Shown: positions 20,772 through 31,306 of the stretch, piece after piece
How the letters are laid out: every line of letters starts with the position of its first letter
Position numbering within the stretch: position 1 is the first letter of the stretch
Source: Acidobacteriota bacterium
GTDB lineage: Bacteria; Acidobacteriota; Vicinamibacteria; Vicinamibacterales; CAVVIG01
Length of the DNA stretch: 64,000 bases
NCBI GenBank assembly: GCA_003222535.1
Contig: QHWJ01000238.1
Span: 5,270 to 69,269, forward strand
Direction: 5' to 3'
Position numbers and translations under genes: made by a program
Notes under the pieces: model-generated
Told to the model about the DNA's origin: nothing
Seen by the model: only the letters and a program-made list of their open reading frames with translations
Databases searched by the model: none

Positions 20772-21697
20772 GACTTCACCAGGTACTGGAAAACGGCTTG
20801 CAGGTTGTCGTCGGGCGAGGTCACCTCGTGAATCGCGCCGTGTTCGCCTGACGCCGCGAGATCCGTGAGCCGTGTGTAGAATGCATCCGGACGGCCGGTC
20901 TGAACCACCACCGCCCCTTCCTCGAACTTCAGGCTCAACACATCGTCGTGGCCGAGGAACTCGCGCGCGAGCGCTCGCGTCTGGTCCGCCCTGACGTGGA
21001 CGGTGTGCGGATGCTCGTCGATGAGATCGCGGATCTGATGGACGTTGCCTTCGGCAAGGATACGTCCCTGATTGATCAGGAGGATGTTCGCCGTCATCGA
21101 TTCGATCTCGTGGAGGATATGGCTGGAGACAATGACGCCTTTGCCGGCGCGGCCCCAGTCCTTGATCATGCGGATCGTCTTGCGTCGCGCAATGGGATCC
21201 ATGCCGGCGAGCGGTTCGTCGAGAATCAGCAGGTCGGGATCGTGAGCGAGGGCCTGGGCCATCTTGACGCGCTGGCGCATGCCCTTGCTGTAGGCACCGA
21301 TTTTCTTGTGCGCGGCGTCGGTCAGCTCCACCATCTCGAGCGCGCGGCCCGCCATGGCGCCGGCAAGGGCGTCGGTGGCGCCGTTCAGCCGCACGAGCGC
21401 CGTCACCCATTCGAGCCCCGTCATGCGGTCGTAAAACGCGTCCTGTTCGGGACAGAACCCGATGCGCCGATAGAGCGCCGGGTTCCGCCAGATCGGCTCG
21501 CCGAGCACGGTGAGGCTGCCCTTGCTCGGTTTGAGCTGGCCGGTGACGAGCTTCATCAGCGTCGATTTGCCGGCGCCGTTGGGACCGAGCAACCCGGTGA
21601 TGCCGGCGGGCACGGTCACCGACACGTCGTTCAGGCCGATGACCTGCCCGTACCACTTCGACAGGTGTTCCGCGGTGACAAGGTCACCCGCCGTCAC
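20768..21697 (-). CDS. ABC transporter ATP-binding protein
   Basis: Walker A GPNGAGKST, signature YSKGMRQR and Walker B LLILDEP. The GTG at 21697 overlaps the upstream permease stop (GTGA). Confidence 0.9.
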   Translation of the reverse strand: MTAGDLVTAEHLSKWYGQVIGLNDVSVTVPAGITGLLGPNGAGKSTLMKLVTGQLKPSKGSLTVLGEPIWRNPALYRRIGFCPEQDAFYDRMTGLEWVTALVRLNGATDALAGAMAGRALEMVELTDAAHKKIGAYSKGMRQRVKMAQALAHDPDLLILDEPLAGMDPIARRKTIRMIKDWGRAGKGVIVSSHILHEIESMTANILLINQGRILAEGNVHQIRDLIDEHPHTVHVRADQTRALAREFLGHDDVLSLKFEEGAVVVQTGRPDAFYTRLTDLAASGEHGAIHEVTSPDDNLQAVFQYLVKS

Positions 21698-22533
21698 GCA
21701 ACCACCTCGACTCCGCGCACGCGGCGCTCGAGGATCACCCCTGAGATCACGATCAGGCCCGCGATCATCATCAGGGAGACCGGCCACGGCGTGTCGTACT
21801 TCAGCGGCTGGCGGAAGATGACGTCACCGATCTGGGAGAGATTGGCCGAAAAGGAAATCCACGAGAGCGACGTGCTGCGCGTCACGGCGTACAGCACGCC
21901 GTAGATCGCCTGCGTGAAGAAGATCACCGCGGCGTACAGAATCCCCACGTACCGGCTGCTCTTCGAGAGCGACGACAGCGCGAGCATCGCGGTGGCGACC
22001 ATGGTCACCTGGACGAACGAGAAGACGGTGATCGCGGGAAACAGAAAGATGTTGTTCTTGAAGAACGTGAAGTTGCCCGCGAAGCTGATCTGCACGATCA
22101 GCAACACGATGGCCGGCAGCCACGTCACGAGCGCGAGGAACGCCATCAGGATCGCGAGCTTGCCGAACACGTACTCCGCACGGGTCAACGGCTTCGACAA
22201 ATAGATCTGGAGCGCGTTGGCGCGCCGGTCGTTCGCGATCAAGCCGGCGCCGACGTAGACCGTCACGAAGAATACGAAAATCTGCTGCTGATCCAGGAAC
22301 TGCCGGAACGTCTCCGGCGTGGGCGCCAGAAACGCGGCCTGCGGCAGGTTCGTGGCCGCGTAGATCTGGACGGCGCGCACGAAGAACGGAAACCACGAGA
22401 CGAGCAGCAGGCCGAGGAACGCCCGCTTCGCGAAGAACGTGCGAATCCCCGCCCGCGTGATCACGATCCACCCGGTGCCTCCACGCGTCTTGTCGCCGCC
22501 GTATCGCCGATAGCCTTGATCGTGTATGGGCAT
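21694..22533 (-). CDS. ABC transporter permease (ABC-2-like)
   Basis: Starts at the ATG at 22533 (MPIHDQGYRRYGGDK..). It has multiple TM segments. The upstream extension of ORF 21694..22707 is Arg/Ser-rich and implausible. Confidence 0.8.
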   Translation of the reverse strand: MPIHDQGYRRYGGDKTRGGTGWIVITRAGIRTFFAKRAFLGLLLVSWFPFFVRAVQIYAATNLPQAAFLAPTPETFRQFLDQQQIFVFFVTVYVGAGLIANDRRANALQIYLSKPLTRAEYVFGKLAILMAFLALVTWLPAIVLLIVQISFAGNFTFFKNNIFLFPAITVFSFVQVTMVATAMLALSSLSKSSRYVGILYAAVIFFTQAIYGVLYAVTRSTSLSWISFSANLSQIGDVIFRQPLKYDTPWPVSLMMIAGLIVISGVILERRVRGVEVVA

Positions 22534-22570
22534 TGAGCTCGATCGTTGAGACTTGAGACTTTGCCAGTTG

Positions 22571-23506
<936 letters not shown>

Positions 23507-23554
23507 TCGTTTGGATATACGGCCTGGTGGACCGAAAAGGTCCGCCTTTTAGAA

Positions 23555-23673
23555 CTCTGTAGAGAAACCACACACAACGCAGAAACCGCGGAACCCGCAG
23601 AGAAAGATACGGAAGGTTTTTCTGCGCGTTCTGCGTGTTCTGCGTTCAACGTCGTGTTTCTTCACAAGCTCTG
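23555..23673. repeat. Palindromic CGCAGA/TCTGCG element (same family as 3569..3690)
   Basis: aacgcagaaaccgcggaacccgcagagaaa pairs with tttttctgcgcgttctgcgtgttctgcgtt. The flank cgtgtttcttcacaagctc is shared with the copy at 3672-3690. Confidence 0.75.
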
Positions 23674-23684
23674 TTCAGGCCCGT

Positions 23685-24251
23685 CTAGAGCACTCCCCGC
23701 AAGCCGAGCTCGTCGGCGCGCTCGCGCATGAACTCGATCACGTTGCCGATGTGCTCCTCGAGCGCCAGGCCGAGCGATGCGGCGCCGGCGTGCAGATCCT
23801 CGCGCTTCACCGCGCGAGCGAACGCCTTGTCCTTCATCCGCCTCACGACCGACTTCGCCTCGAGGTCCATCACGCTCTTGCTCGGCCGCACCAGCGCCGC
23901 CGCGGTAATGAAGCCGGCGAGCTCGTCGCAGGCGAACAGCGTCTTCTCGAGCAGGCTGTCGCGCGTCACGCCGGTGATTTCCATGGCGTGCGATCGGATC
24001 GCCCGAATCATCCACTCGGGATACCCCTTCTCCCGGAGGATCTCGCTGCCTTTGTCCGGATGATCGCCGAGCGTCGGCCAGCGCTCGTAGTCGAAGTCGT
24101 GCAGCAGCGCCGTGACGCCCCAGGCCTCTTCGTCCTCGCCGAACCTCCTGGCGTAGCCACGCACCGCGGCTTCTACGGCGATCGCGTGCTTCAGCAGGCT
24201 TTCGCCCTTCGTGTAATCGGTCAGCAGCGCCCAGGCATCGTCTCGATTCAT
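23685..24251 (-). CDS. HD domain-containing metal-dependent phosphohydrolase
   Basis: Start at the ATG at 24251 (MNRDDAWALLTDYTKGESLLKHAIAVEAAVRGYA), with an HD motif at ALLHDFDYE. This is a well-conserved family of about 190 aa. Confidence 0.85.
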   Translation of the reverse strand: MNRDDAWALLTDYTKGESLLKHAIAVEAAVRGYARRFGEDEEAWGVTALLHDFDYERWPTLGDHPDKGSEILREKGYPEWMIRAIRSHAMEITGVTRDSLLEKTLFACDELAGFITAAALVRPSKSVMDLEAKSVVRRMKDKAFARAVKREDLHAGAASLGLALEEHIGNVIEFMRERADELGLRGVL

Positions 24252-24285
24252 GGTAAGTTTCAGCATCTTAATGCAGGAGCGCTCG

Positions 24286-25770
24286 ATGGCCAATCCGACC
24301 GCCGCATCCGCGGCCGCCATGGGACTCGACACCGAGTTCCATCGCGGCCTCGGCCTCTACGACTCGACGATGGTCGTCGTCGGATCGATGATCGGATCGG
24401 GGATCTTCATCGTCTCGGCCGACATGGCGAGGAACATCGGCAGCGCCGGCTGGCTGTTCGGCGCGTGGATCCTCACGGGCGTGCTGACGGTGGTGGGCGC
24501 CCTCTCGTACGGCGAGCTGGCCGCGATGATGCCGCGCGCGGGTGGACAGTACGTCTATCTGCGGGAAGCGTTCTCGCCGCTGTGGGGATTCCTGTACGGC
24601 TGGACGCTGTTTCTCGTCATCCAGACCGGCACGATCGCGGCCGTCTCGGTCGGCTTCGCGCGCTACTTCGGCGTGCTGCTCCCATGGATCGCCGACGAGC
24701 GCTACCTGATCGCGCCGATCCACCTCTCGACCGGCTACGCCCTGTCTCTGTCGACGACGCAGCTCGTGGGCATCCTGCTGATCGCGCTCCTGACGTGGAC
24801 CAACACGCGCGGTCTCCAGTACGGCAGGATCATCCAGAACGTCTTCACCACGGCGAAAACCGGCGCGCTGCTCGGGCTGATTCTCGTCGGCCTGCTGCTT
24901 GGCTGGAATCAGACGGCCGTCGCGGACAACTTCGGCAACCTGTGGGACGCGCGGGGGGCCGTGGACCTCGTGCCGGGGCTCAGCGCCGTGACGGCGCTCG
25001 GCCTGTTCGTTGCGGTCTGCGTGTCGCAGACCGGTTCGCTCTTCTCCGCCGACGCATGGAACAACATCACGTTCACCGCCGGCGAGGTGAAGGACCCTCG
25101 ACGGAACGTGCCGCTCTCGCTCGCGCTCGGGACGGCCGTCGTCATCGGCCTGTTCCTGCTCGCGAACGTCGCGTACCTGGTCACCCTGCCGCTCGACCAG
25201 ATTCAGCACGCGCCGGGCGACCGCGTGGCGACGGCGACGTTGAACGCCATCTTTCCGGGGCTCGGTGCGACGATCATGGCGATCGGCATCATGATCTCCA
25301 CCTTCGGGTGCAACAACGGGCTGATCCTCGCGGGCGCCCGCGCGTACTACGCGATGGCGCGAGACGGGCTGTTCTTCGGGGCGTCCGGCGAACTGAACGA
25401 CGCGAAGGTGCCGGCGTGGGGCCTGCTGTTCCAGGGGCTGTGGGCGGCGCTCCTCGTGCTGCTGCGGACCTACGATCCGGCGACGCGCGCGTACGGCAAT
25501 CTCTACAACAACCTGCTGGATTACGTCATCTCGGCGGCGCTCATCTTCTACATTCTGACGATCGCGGGGATCTTCCGCCTGCGCAGCACGCGGCCGGACG
25601 CCGAGCGGCCATATCGCGCGCTCGGCTATCCCGTCGTCCCGGCGCTCTACATCGCCGGGGCCGCCGCCATTCTGCTCGTGCTGTTCATCTACCGCCCGGC
25701 CACGACGTGGCCGGGGCTGGTCATCGTGCTGCTCGGCGTACCGGTGTATTTCGCCTGGAAACCGAAGTGA
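24286..25770 (+). CDS. APC superfamily amino acid permease (LAT/SteT-like)
   Basis: The ATG at 24286 follows GGAG (24276-24279). It has about 12 TM segments, an N-terminal signature VVGSMIGSGIF and GELAAMMPRAGGQYVY. Confidence 0.9.
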   Translation: MANPTAASAAAMGLDTEFHRGLGLYDSTMVVVGSMIGSGIFIVSADMARNIGSAGWLFGAWILTGVLTVVGALSYGELAAMMPRAGGQYVYLREAFSPLWGFLYGWTLFLVIQTGTIAAVSVGFARYFGVLLPWIADERYLIAPIHLSTGYALSLSTTQLVGILLIALLTWTNTRGLQYGRIIQNVFTTAKTGALLGLILVGLLLGWNQTAVADNFGNLWDARGAVDLVPGLSAVTALGLFVAVCVSQTGSLFSADAWNNITFTAGEVKDPRRNVPLSLALGTAVVIGLFLLANVAYLVTLPLDQIQHAPGDRVATATLNAIFPGLGATIMAIGIMISTFGCNNGLILAGARAYYAMARDGLFFGASGELNDAKVPAWGLLFQGLWAALLVLLRTYDPATRAYGNLYNNLLDYVISAALIFYILTIAGIFRLRSTRPDAERPYRALGYPVVPALYIAGAAAILLVLFIYRPATTWPGLVIVLLGVPVYFAWKPK

Positions 25771-25884
25771 CAGAGCAGGTCAAGGCCGGGCGGACTGTAC
25801 GCACCGCCGACACGCCATTGCTCTCGAGACTCCGAATCGAGCCTGCCGCAGCACTGACGCTCGGGCGCACAACACCACGCGGTC

Positions 25885-25957
25885 GTAGCGCGAAGGCTTC
25901 AGCCGAGCGTCAGTCCACGTACAACGCAGAAACCGCGGAACCCGCAGAGAAAAACGG
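25885..25957. repeat. Half-copies of two repeat families (GCGCGAAGGCTTCAGCCGAGCG and AACGCAGAAACCGCGGAACCCGCAGAGA)
   Basis: The string gtagcgcgaaggcttcagccgagcg is identical to 44448-44472. The string aacgcagaaaccgcggaacccgcagaga is identical to 23576-23603. Confidence 0.7.
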
Positions 25958-25989
25958 TTAGGGTTTGCCCAGAGCGGATTCACCCCACC

Positions 25990-26445
25990 CTACGTTCGGC
26001 TGTGGGACGAAGCAAGGGCTTTTCGAATCACGGCGATCGCCGGGTTGGTGACGCGGTAACTCGCCAGATCCGGAACCGGCACCCAGCGAACGTCGGCCGC
26101 ATCCGACCCGCACGCCGCAGCGGCCCCCTTGTCGGAAACGCGACACCGATAGTCGATGATGATGTAGTGGTATTCGGCGCGACCGTCGGCGTCACGCCGG
26201 ATGCTGTCCAGGACCTCGACGACCGGTCCGACCTCGATGTCGAGGCACGTCTCCTCGCGCACCTCACGCACCAACGCGGCCTGCAGCGTCTCGCCGATCT
26301 CGACTGCGCCGCCCGGCAGGCTCCACTCGCCTTTCAATGGCTCCTGGCCGCGTTTCACCAGCAGTACGCGGTCGCCGTCAAGAATCACCGCGCCGACCGC
26401 CACAATCGGCCGCTCCGGATGGCGCCTGCCATCGGCCATCACCAT
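25990..26445 (-). CDS. NUDIX hydrolase
   Basis: 151 aa with the Nudix box [24 protein letters not shown]. Confidence 0.9.
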   Translation of the reverse strand: MVMADGRRHPERPIVAVGAVILDGDRVLLVKRGQEPLKGEWSLPGGAVEIGETLQAALVREVREETCLDIEVGPVVEVLDSIRRDADGRAEYHYIIIDYRCRVSDKGAAAACGSDAADVRWVPVPDLASYRVTNPAIAVIRKALASSHSRT

Positions 26446-26522
26446 GCCCTCAGCCCTCAGCCCTCAGCCCTCAGCCCTCAGCCCTCAGCCCTCAGCCCTC
26501 AGCCCTCAGCCCTTAGCCCTTA
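26446..26522. repeat. Heptamer tandem array (GCCCTCA x9 + GCCCTTA x2)
   Basis: The array fills the whole spacer between the yjbQ stop (26524) and the nudix ATG (26445). The sense (minus) strand reads (TGAGGGC)n. Confidence 0.95.
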
Positions 26523-26523
26523 C

Positions 26524-26937
26524 TTAGACGCCGATCACTTTGACCACGACGCGCTTCTTGCGTTGCCCATCGAACTCCGCGTAGAACACCTGCTCCCACG
26601 GCCCGAGATCGAGCGCGCCGTTCGTGATCGGCAGGACCACCTGGTGACCCATGATGGTGCGCTTCAGGTGAGCATCGGCGTTGTCCTCACCCGTCTGGTG
26701 ATGCCGATAGTCGAGGCCCGACGGGGCGAGCTTCTCGAGCCAGACCTGGAAGTCGTGGATGAGACCGTCCTCCCAGTCGTTCACGTACACGCCGGAGGTG
26801 ATGTGCATCGCCGACACGAGCGCGGTGCCTTCCTTCACCCCGCTTTTCTTCACGATCGCCGCGACCTCGTCGGTGATACGTATGAACTCCTGCCGCTGCT
26901 TCGTGTTGAACAGGAGGTAATCGGTGTGAACTAACAC
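26524..26937 (-). CDS. yjbQ: YjbQ/UPF0047 family protein (secondary thiamine-phosphate synthase-like)
   Basis: 137 aa with [24 protein letters not shown] and [19 protein letters not shown] start at 26937. Confidence 0.9.
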   Translation of the reverse strand: MLVHTDYLLFNTKQRQEFIRITDEVAAIVKKSGVKEGTALVSAMHITSGVYVNDWEDGLIHDFQVWLEKLAPSGLDYRHHQTGEDNADAHLKRTIMGHQVVLPITNGALDLGPWEQVFYAEFDGQRKKRVVVKVIGV

Positions 26938-26940
26938 TTG

Positions 26941-27004
26941 GTGAATTGGTGAATTGGTGAATTGGTGAATTGGTGACTTGGTAAGTTGGTGAATTGGTAA
27001 GTTA
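26941..27004. repeat. Octamer tandem array (GTGAATTG x8, three variant units)
   Basis: The sequence gtgaattggtgaattggtgaattggtgaattggtgacttggtaagttggtgaattggtaagtta fills the spacer between the tsaD stop and the yjbQ start. The last unit contains the tsaD stop codon. Confidence 0.95.
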
Positions 27005-28066
27005 CAACACCAGGGCCGCGTCCGCGTTGAGATCGAAGGACGCCGTCGACCCGGCGCGGAATTTCCGGAGCCCGGCGGCGGCGATCATCGCCGCGTTGTC
27101 GGTCGACAGGGCCAGGCCTGGCAGAAACGTCGGCACGTCACGGCGTGCGCCACGCGCCTGCAACTCGGCCCGCAGCCGGCTGTTCGCCGACACGCCGCCG
27201 GCGACGCCGACGCTCAGGGCCTGATACCGTCGCGCCGCCACGAACACCCGATCGATGAGCGCGGTGACCACGACGCGCTGGAAGCTCGCGCAGATGTCGG
27301 CGATTTCCTGGTCTGTGAACGAAGCGCGCTTGGCCGCGTCGTGCTGGCGCGCCCGGACGTGGCGCAGCACCGCCGTCTTGAGGCCGCTGAAGCTGAAGTC
27401 GAGATCCCCCCTCAGCTCCGGCGCGTTCCGGTCGGCGTGCGTCAGACGCGTCGTCGGCAACACCACCGCCCGATCGTCACCGCTCTTGGCCAATCGATCG
27501 ATCACGGGCCCGCCGGGATACCCGAGGCCGAGCAGCTTCGCGACCTTGTCGTACGCCTCGCCCGCCGCGTCGTCGCGCGTGCGGCTCAGACGCTGATAGG
27601 CTCCCGGCCGTTCGACGAGATACAGGCTCGTGTGGCCGCCGGAGACGACGAGGACGACGGAGGGCAGCGGCAGCTCACCATTCTGCAGAACGAGCGATTC
27701 GATGTGGCCGGCAAGATGGTGGACGGCGACCAGCGGAAGGCGGGCGGCGGCGGCGGCGGCCTTGGCGAACGACACGCCGACGAGCAGCGATCCGACGAGC
27801 CCCGGCCCCTGCGTGACCGCGACCGCGCCGAGGTCGGGCCACGCCGTTCCGGCCTCGGCGAGCGCGCGCTCGACCACAGCGCAGATGTCGCGGATGTGCT
27901 GCCGGGACGCGAGCTCCGGCACGACACCGCCCCACTCGCGATGAATCGCCACCTGCGAGGCGACGACGTTGGAGCGGATCGCCCATGGCTCGGCGGCGTC
28001 GCCGGTCTCTTCGACAACGGCGGCCGACGTTTCGTCGCAGGAAGTTTCGATACCGAGAATACGCAT
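27002..28066 (-). CDS. tsaD: tRNA N6-adenosine threonylcarbamoyltransferase
   Basis: 354 aa with [24 protein letters not shown] and SGGHT motifs. Confidence 0.95.
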   Translation of the reverse strand: MRILGIETSCDETSAAVVEETGDAAEPWAIRSNVVASQVAIHREWGGVVPELASRQHIRDICAVVERALAEAGTAWPDLGAVAVTQGPGLVGSLLVGVSFAKAAAAAARLPLVAVHHLAGHIESLVLQNGELPLPSVVLVVSGGHTSLYLVERPGAYQRLSRTRDDAAGEAYDKVAKLLGLGYPGGPVIDRLAKSGDDRAVVLPTTRLTHADRNAPELRGDLDFSFSGLKTAVLRHVRARQHDAAKRASFTDQEIADICASFQRVVVTALIDRVFVAARRYQALSVGVAGGVSANSRLRAELQARGARRDVPTFLPGLALSTDNAAMIAAAGLRKFRAGSTASFDLNADAALVL

Positions 28067-28072
28067 GGTGTG

Positions 28073-28171
28073 CGCTCGGCTGAAGCCTTCGCGCTCCAGA
28101 GTGTCGACGTCCGCTCGGCTGAAGCCTTCGCGTCCAAAGTGTCGACGTAGCGCGAAGGCTTTGGCCGATCG
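28073..28171. repeat. 38-bp tandem duplication of the CGCTCGGCTGAAGCCTTCGCG element plus an inverted partial copy
   Basis: cgctcggctgaagccttcgcgctccagagtgtcgacgt is followed by ccgctcggctgaagccttcgcgtccaaagtgtcgacgt and then agcgcgaaggctttggcc, which can pair with the second unit. Confidence 0.8.
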
Positions 28172-28216
28172 TCTTCTCTTCGAATCGCGCTACGAAAACG
28201 ACGGAGCGCGAAGCGT

Positions 28217-29272
<1,056 letters not shown>

Positions 29273-29291
29273 CGGTCGATTGTACAGGGAT

Positions 29292-29439
29292 CGGTTCAGC
29301 GTTCAGCGTTCAGAGTTCAACGTTCGTTCTGTTCTAGGTTCTGGGTTCCAGGTTCCAGGTTCCGGGTTCTGGGTTCCTGGCGCGAAGCGCCGAACGAACC
29401 CTGCACCTCGAACCTTGAACCTTGAACTTGAACCCTGAC
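29292..29439. repeat. Periodic GGTTC-rich array facing a GAACC-rich array (long imperfect hairpin)
   Basis: The left side reads ggttcagcgttcagcgttcagagttcaacg..ggttccaggttccaggttccgggttctgggttcc. The right side reads gaaccctgcacctcgaaccttgaaccttgaacttgaaccc. It fills the spacer between the cdd stop and the mtnA start. Confidence 0.75.
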
Positions 29440-29445
29440 CGTGTT

Positions 29446-30285
29446 CTAGAGGAGCCTCGCGTCGAACGGCAGTGGCAGCAGGTTCTTGAGCTGGTGCGTG
29501 CCCTTTTCCTCATTGAGGTTTGCCAGCTGGATTTCGAGGTTGCCGCCGAACTCCCACAGTATCTGGCGGCACGCGCCGCACGGCGGCGTCGGCGCTTCGG
29601 TGTCGGCGACGATGGCGATGCGCGTGAAGGCGCGGTGGCCTTCGGAGAGCGCCTTGTACAGGGCGACGCGTTCGGCACACATCGTGAGGCCGTAGGTGGC
29701 GTTCTCGATGTTGCAGCCGGTGATGACGGTTCCGTCGACGGCCTCGAGCGCGGCGCCCACCTTGAAGTGCGAGAAGGCGGCGTCCGCGCGCTCGCGCGCG
29801 CGCCGCGCGGCGCCGACCAGATCGATGTCGCCGCCGTCTCGCACACGTCGCGGGCCGATCCTCCTCTCCCGGTGGGCGCGCCGATCCCCCTCCGGGCGGC
29901 CGACGTCCTTGACCCGGCGATCGAGCCCGGTGCGGCGATCGGCTTCGACGCGCGCCCGCCGCTCGTCGAGCAGCAGGCGGATGGGAGCGTTGCGCCGCAC
30001 GCCGTTCACCAGGTGCGTCACGCGCGCAATCTGATACAGCTGGGCGGTGATCGCGTGGACTTCCGTGTCGCGGTGGCAGCGCTCGGCGGCGGTCGCGTCG
30101 GTCCAGTACCGGACCGCGTAGAAGCGCATCGGGTGCGCCTCGTCGCGAATCATCTCGGCGCGGCCATACTCCTTGCGGACCATGAGCGCCTCGAAGTCGG
30201 TCGAGATCGTCAGGAACTCGGCTTCGCGGCCCGGCATGACCTCGACGAGCGACACGGACAGCCGCCGGCCATCAGAGCTGTCCAA
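29446..30285 (-). CDS. cdd: Cytidine deaminase fused to an N-terminal ABM/Dabb-like domain via an Arg-rich linker
   Basis: The C-terminal approximately 130 aa are FSHFKVGAALEAVDGTVITGCNIENATYGLTMCAERVA..PCGACRQ (CAE and PCxxC zinc motifs). The N-terminal approximately 100 aa (LSVSLVEVMPGREAEFL..FYAVRYWTD) resemble a ferredoxin-like ABM fold. The linker is DRRTGLDRRVKDVGRPEGDRRAHRERR. No internal ATG or GTG lies before the deaminase domain. Confidence 0.8.
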   Translation of the reverse strand: MDSSDGRRLSVSLVEVMPGREAEFLTISTDFEALMVRKEYGRAEMIRDEAHPMRFYAVRYWTDATAAERCHRDTEVHAITAQLYQIARVTHLVNGVRRNAPIRLLLDERRARVEADRRTGLDRRVKDVGRPEGDRRAHRERRIGPRRVRDGGDIDLVGAARRARERADAAFSHFKVGAALEAVDGTVITGCNIENATYGLTMCAERVALYKALSEGHRAFTRIAIVADTEAPTPPCGACRQILWEFGGNLEIQLANLNEEKGTHQLKNLLPLPFDARLL

Positions 30286-31090
30286 TGATTCCCTCCAGCA
30301 GCGCGGTGAACTGCCCCCGGATCCGGCGCGCCGTTTCCATCACTTCCGCGTGATCGAGCGGCTGCGGCAGCACACCGGCCGCCATGTTCGTGATGCACGA
30401 GATGCCGAGCACGTCCATCCTCATGTGGCGCGCCGCGATAGCCTCGGGAACAGTCGACATCCCGACGGCGTCGGCGCCTATCGTCCTGAGATATCGGATC
30501 TCGGCGGGTGTTTCATAGCTGGGGCCCAGGACGCCGGCGTAGATGCCGTGCGGGAGCGGCAGGGCGATCGCCGTCCCCTGCCGATCGGCAATTCCACGCA
30601 ATCGTGAGGAGTAGACCTCGGTCATGTCCGGGAATCTCGCGCCAAACCGCTCATCGTTTTCACCCACGAGCGGGTTGCTCCCCATCAGGTTGATGTGGTC
30701 GTCGATCACCATCAGCGCGCCCCGCGAGAAGCCGGTGTTCACGCCCCCGGCGGCGTTGGTCAGGATGAGCGTCCTGACGCCAAGGAGGCCGAGCGCACGA
30801 ACGGCGAACGTGACTGCCCGGACGTCGCGGCCTTCATACAGGTGGCTCCGGCCGGCGAGCGCCGCGATCGTCCGGCCCCGGGTCTTCCCGACGACCAGCT
30901 TGCCCTCGTGACCGACGACGCGCGATGCCGGCCAGTATGGCAGCTCGCCGTACGGCATCGTCACCGGGGCGTCCAGCGAGCTCGCGAAATCGCCCAGGCC
31001 TGATCCCAAGACGACGCCGACTTGTGGAACTTCCGGAATTCGTGACCGAATCGCGTCGGCCGCGTCCTTCACCTGATCGTAGTAGCTCAT
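30272..31090 (-). CDS. punA: Purine nucleoside phosphorylase (PunA/PNP-I type)
   Basis: 272 aa with VGVVLGSGLG, LTNAAGG, NDERFGARFPDM and GADAVGMSTVPE. Its 3' end overlaps the cdd start by 14 nt. Confidence 0.9.
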   Translation of the reverse strand: MSYYDQVKDAADAIRSRIPEVPQVGVVLGSGLGDFASSLDAPVTMPYGELPYWPASRVVGHEGKLVVGKTRGRTIAALAGRSHLYEGRDVRAVTFAVRALGLLGVRTLILTNAAGGVNTGFSRGALMVIDDHINLMGSNPLVGENDERFGARFPDMTEVYSSRLRGIADRQGTAIALPLPHGIYAGVLGPSYETPAEIRYLRTIGADAVGMSTVPEAIAARHMRMDVLGISCITNMAAGVLPQPLDHAEVMETARRIRGQFTALLEGIIGQL

Positions 31091-31105
31091 CCCACCGCCT
31101 GTTAC

Positions 31106-31297
31106 GGAACCACGAAGATCACGAAGATCACACGAAGTTCACGAAGAAGACCACGTTTTCAACGCAGAGCGCGCAAAGCACGCAGAGATTGTGGCGACCG
31201 CCGCCGCGGAGCGGCGCTCAGTCTTTTTCGTGTTCTTCGTGTCCTTCGTGCTTTCGTGGTTGCCTTTGCTTTCTGCGCGCCCTGCGTTCAACGTCGT
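31106..31297. repeat. Composite repeat: CACGAA array + CGCAGA arm, then TTCGTG array + TCTGCG arm (interleaved inverted repeats)
   Basis: The four blocks, in order, are: A = cacgaagatcacgaagatcacacgaagttcacgaagaagaccacg; B = aacgcagagcgcgcaaagcacgcagaga; A' = tcgtgttcttcgtgtccttcgtgctttcgtgg; B' = ctttctgcgcgccctgcgttcaacgtcgt. Confidence 0.75.
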
Positions 31298-31306
31298 CGC
31301 CCGGGG

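Noticed and set aside
20772-21656. The N-terminal 295 codons of ORF 19923..21656, and similarly the first 95 codons of ORF 31307..32851.
   Set aside because: These are out-of-frame read-through of the upstream ABC ATPase or pdp genes. The sequences are Arg/Pro/Gly-rich, and the real starts show ATGA/TGATG coupling overlaps.
23751-25961. 736-aa + strand ORF spanning the HD gene antisense and the permease in a wrong frame.
   Set aside because: The in-frame alternative (24286..25770) gives a 12-TM APC permease with an RBS. The long ORF is Arg/Gly/Asp-rich.
26446-27004. Possibility that the short tandem arrays (also at 14017, 37819 and 2384) are CRISPR arrays.
   Set aside because: The units are only 7-8 nt with no unique spacers between them, and no cas genes are present. 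They are microsatellite-like arrays, not CRISPRs.
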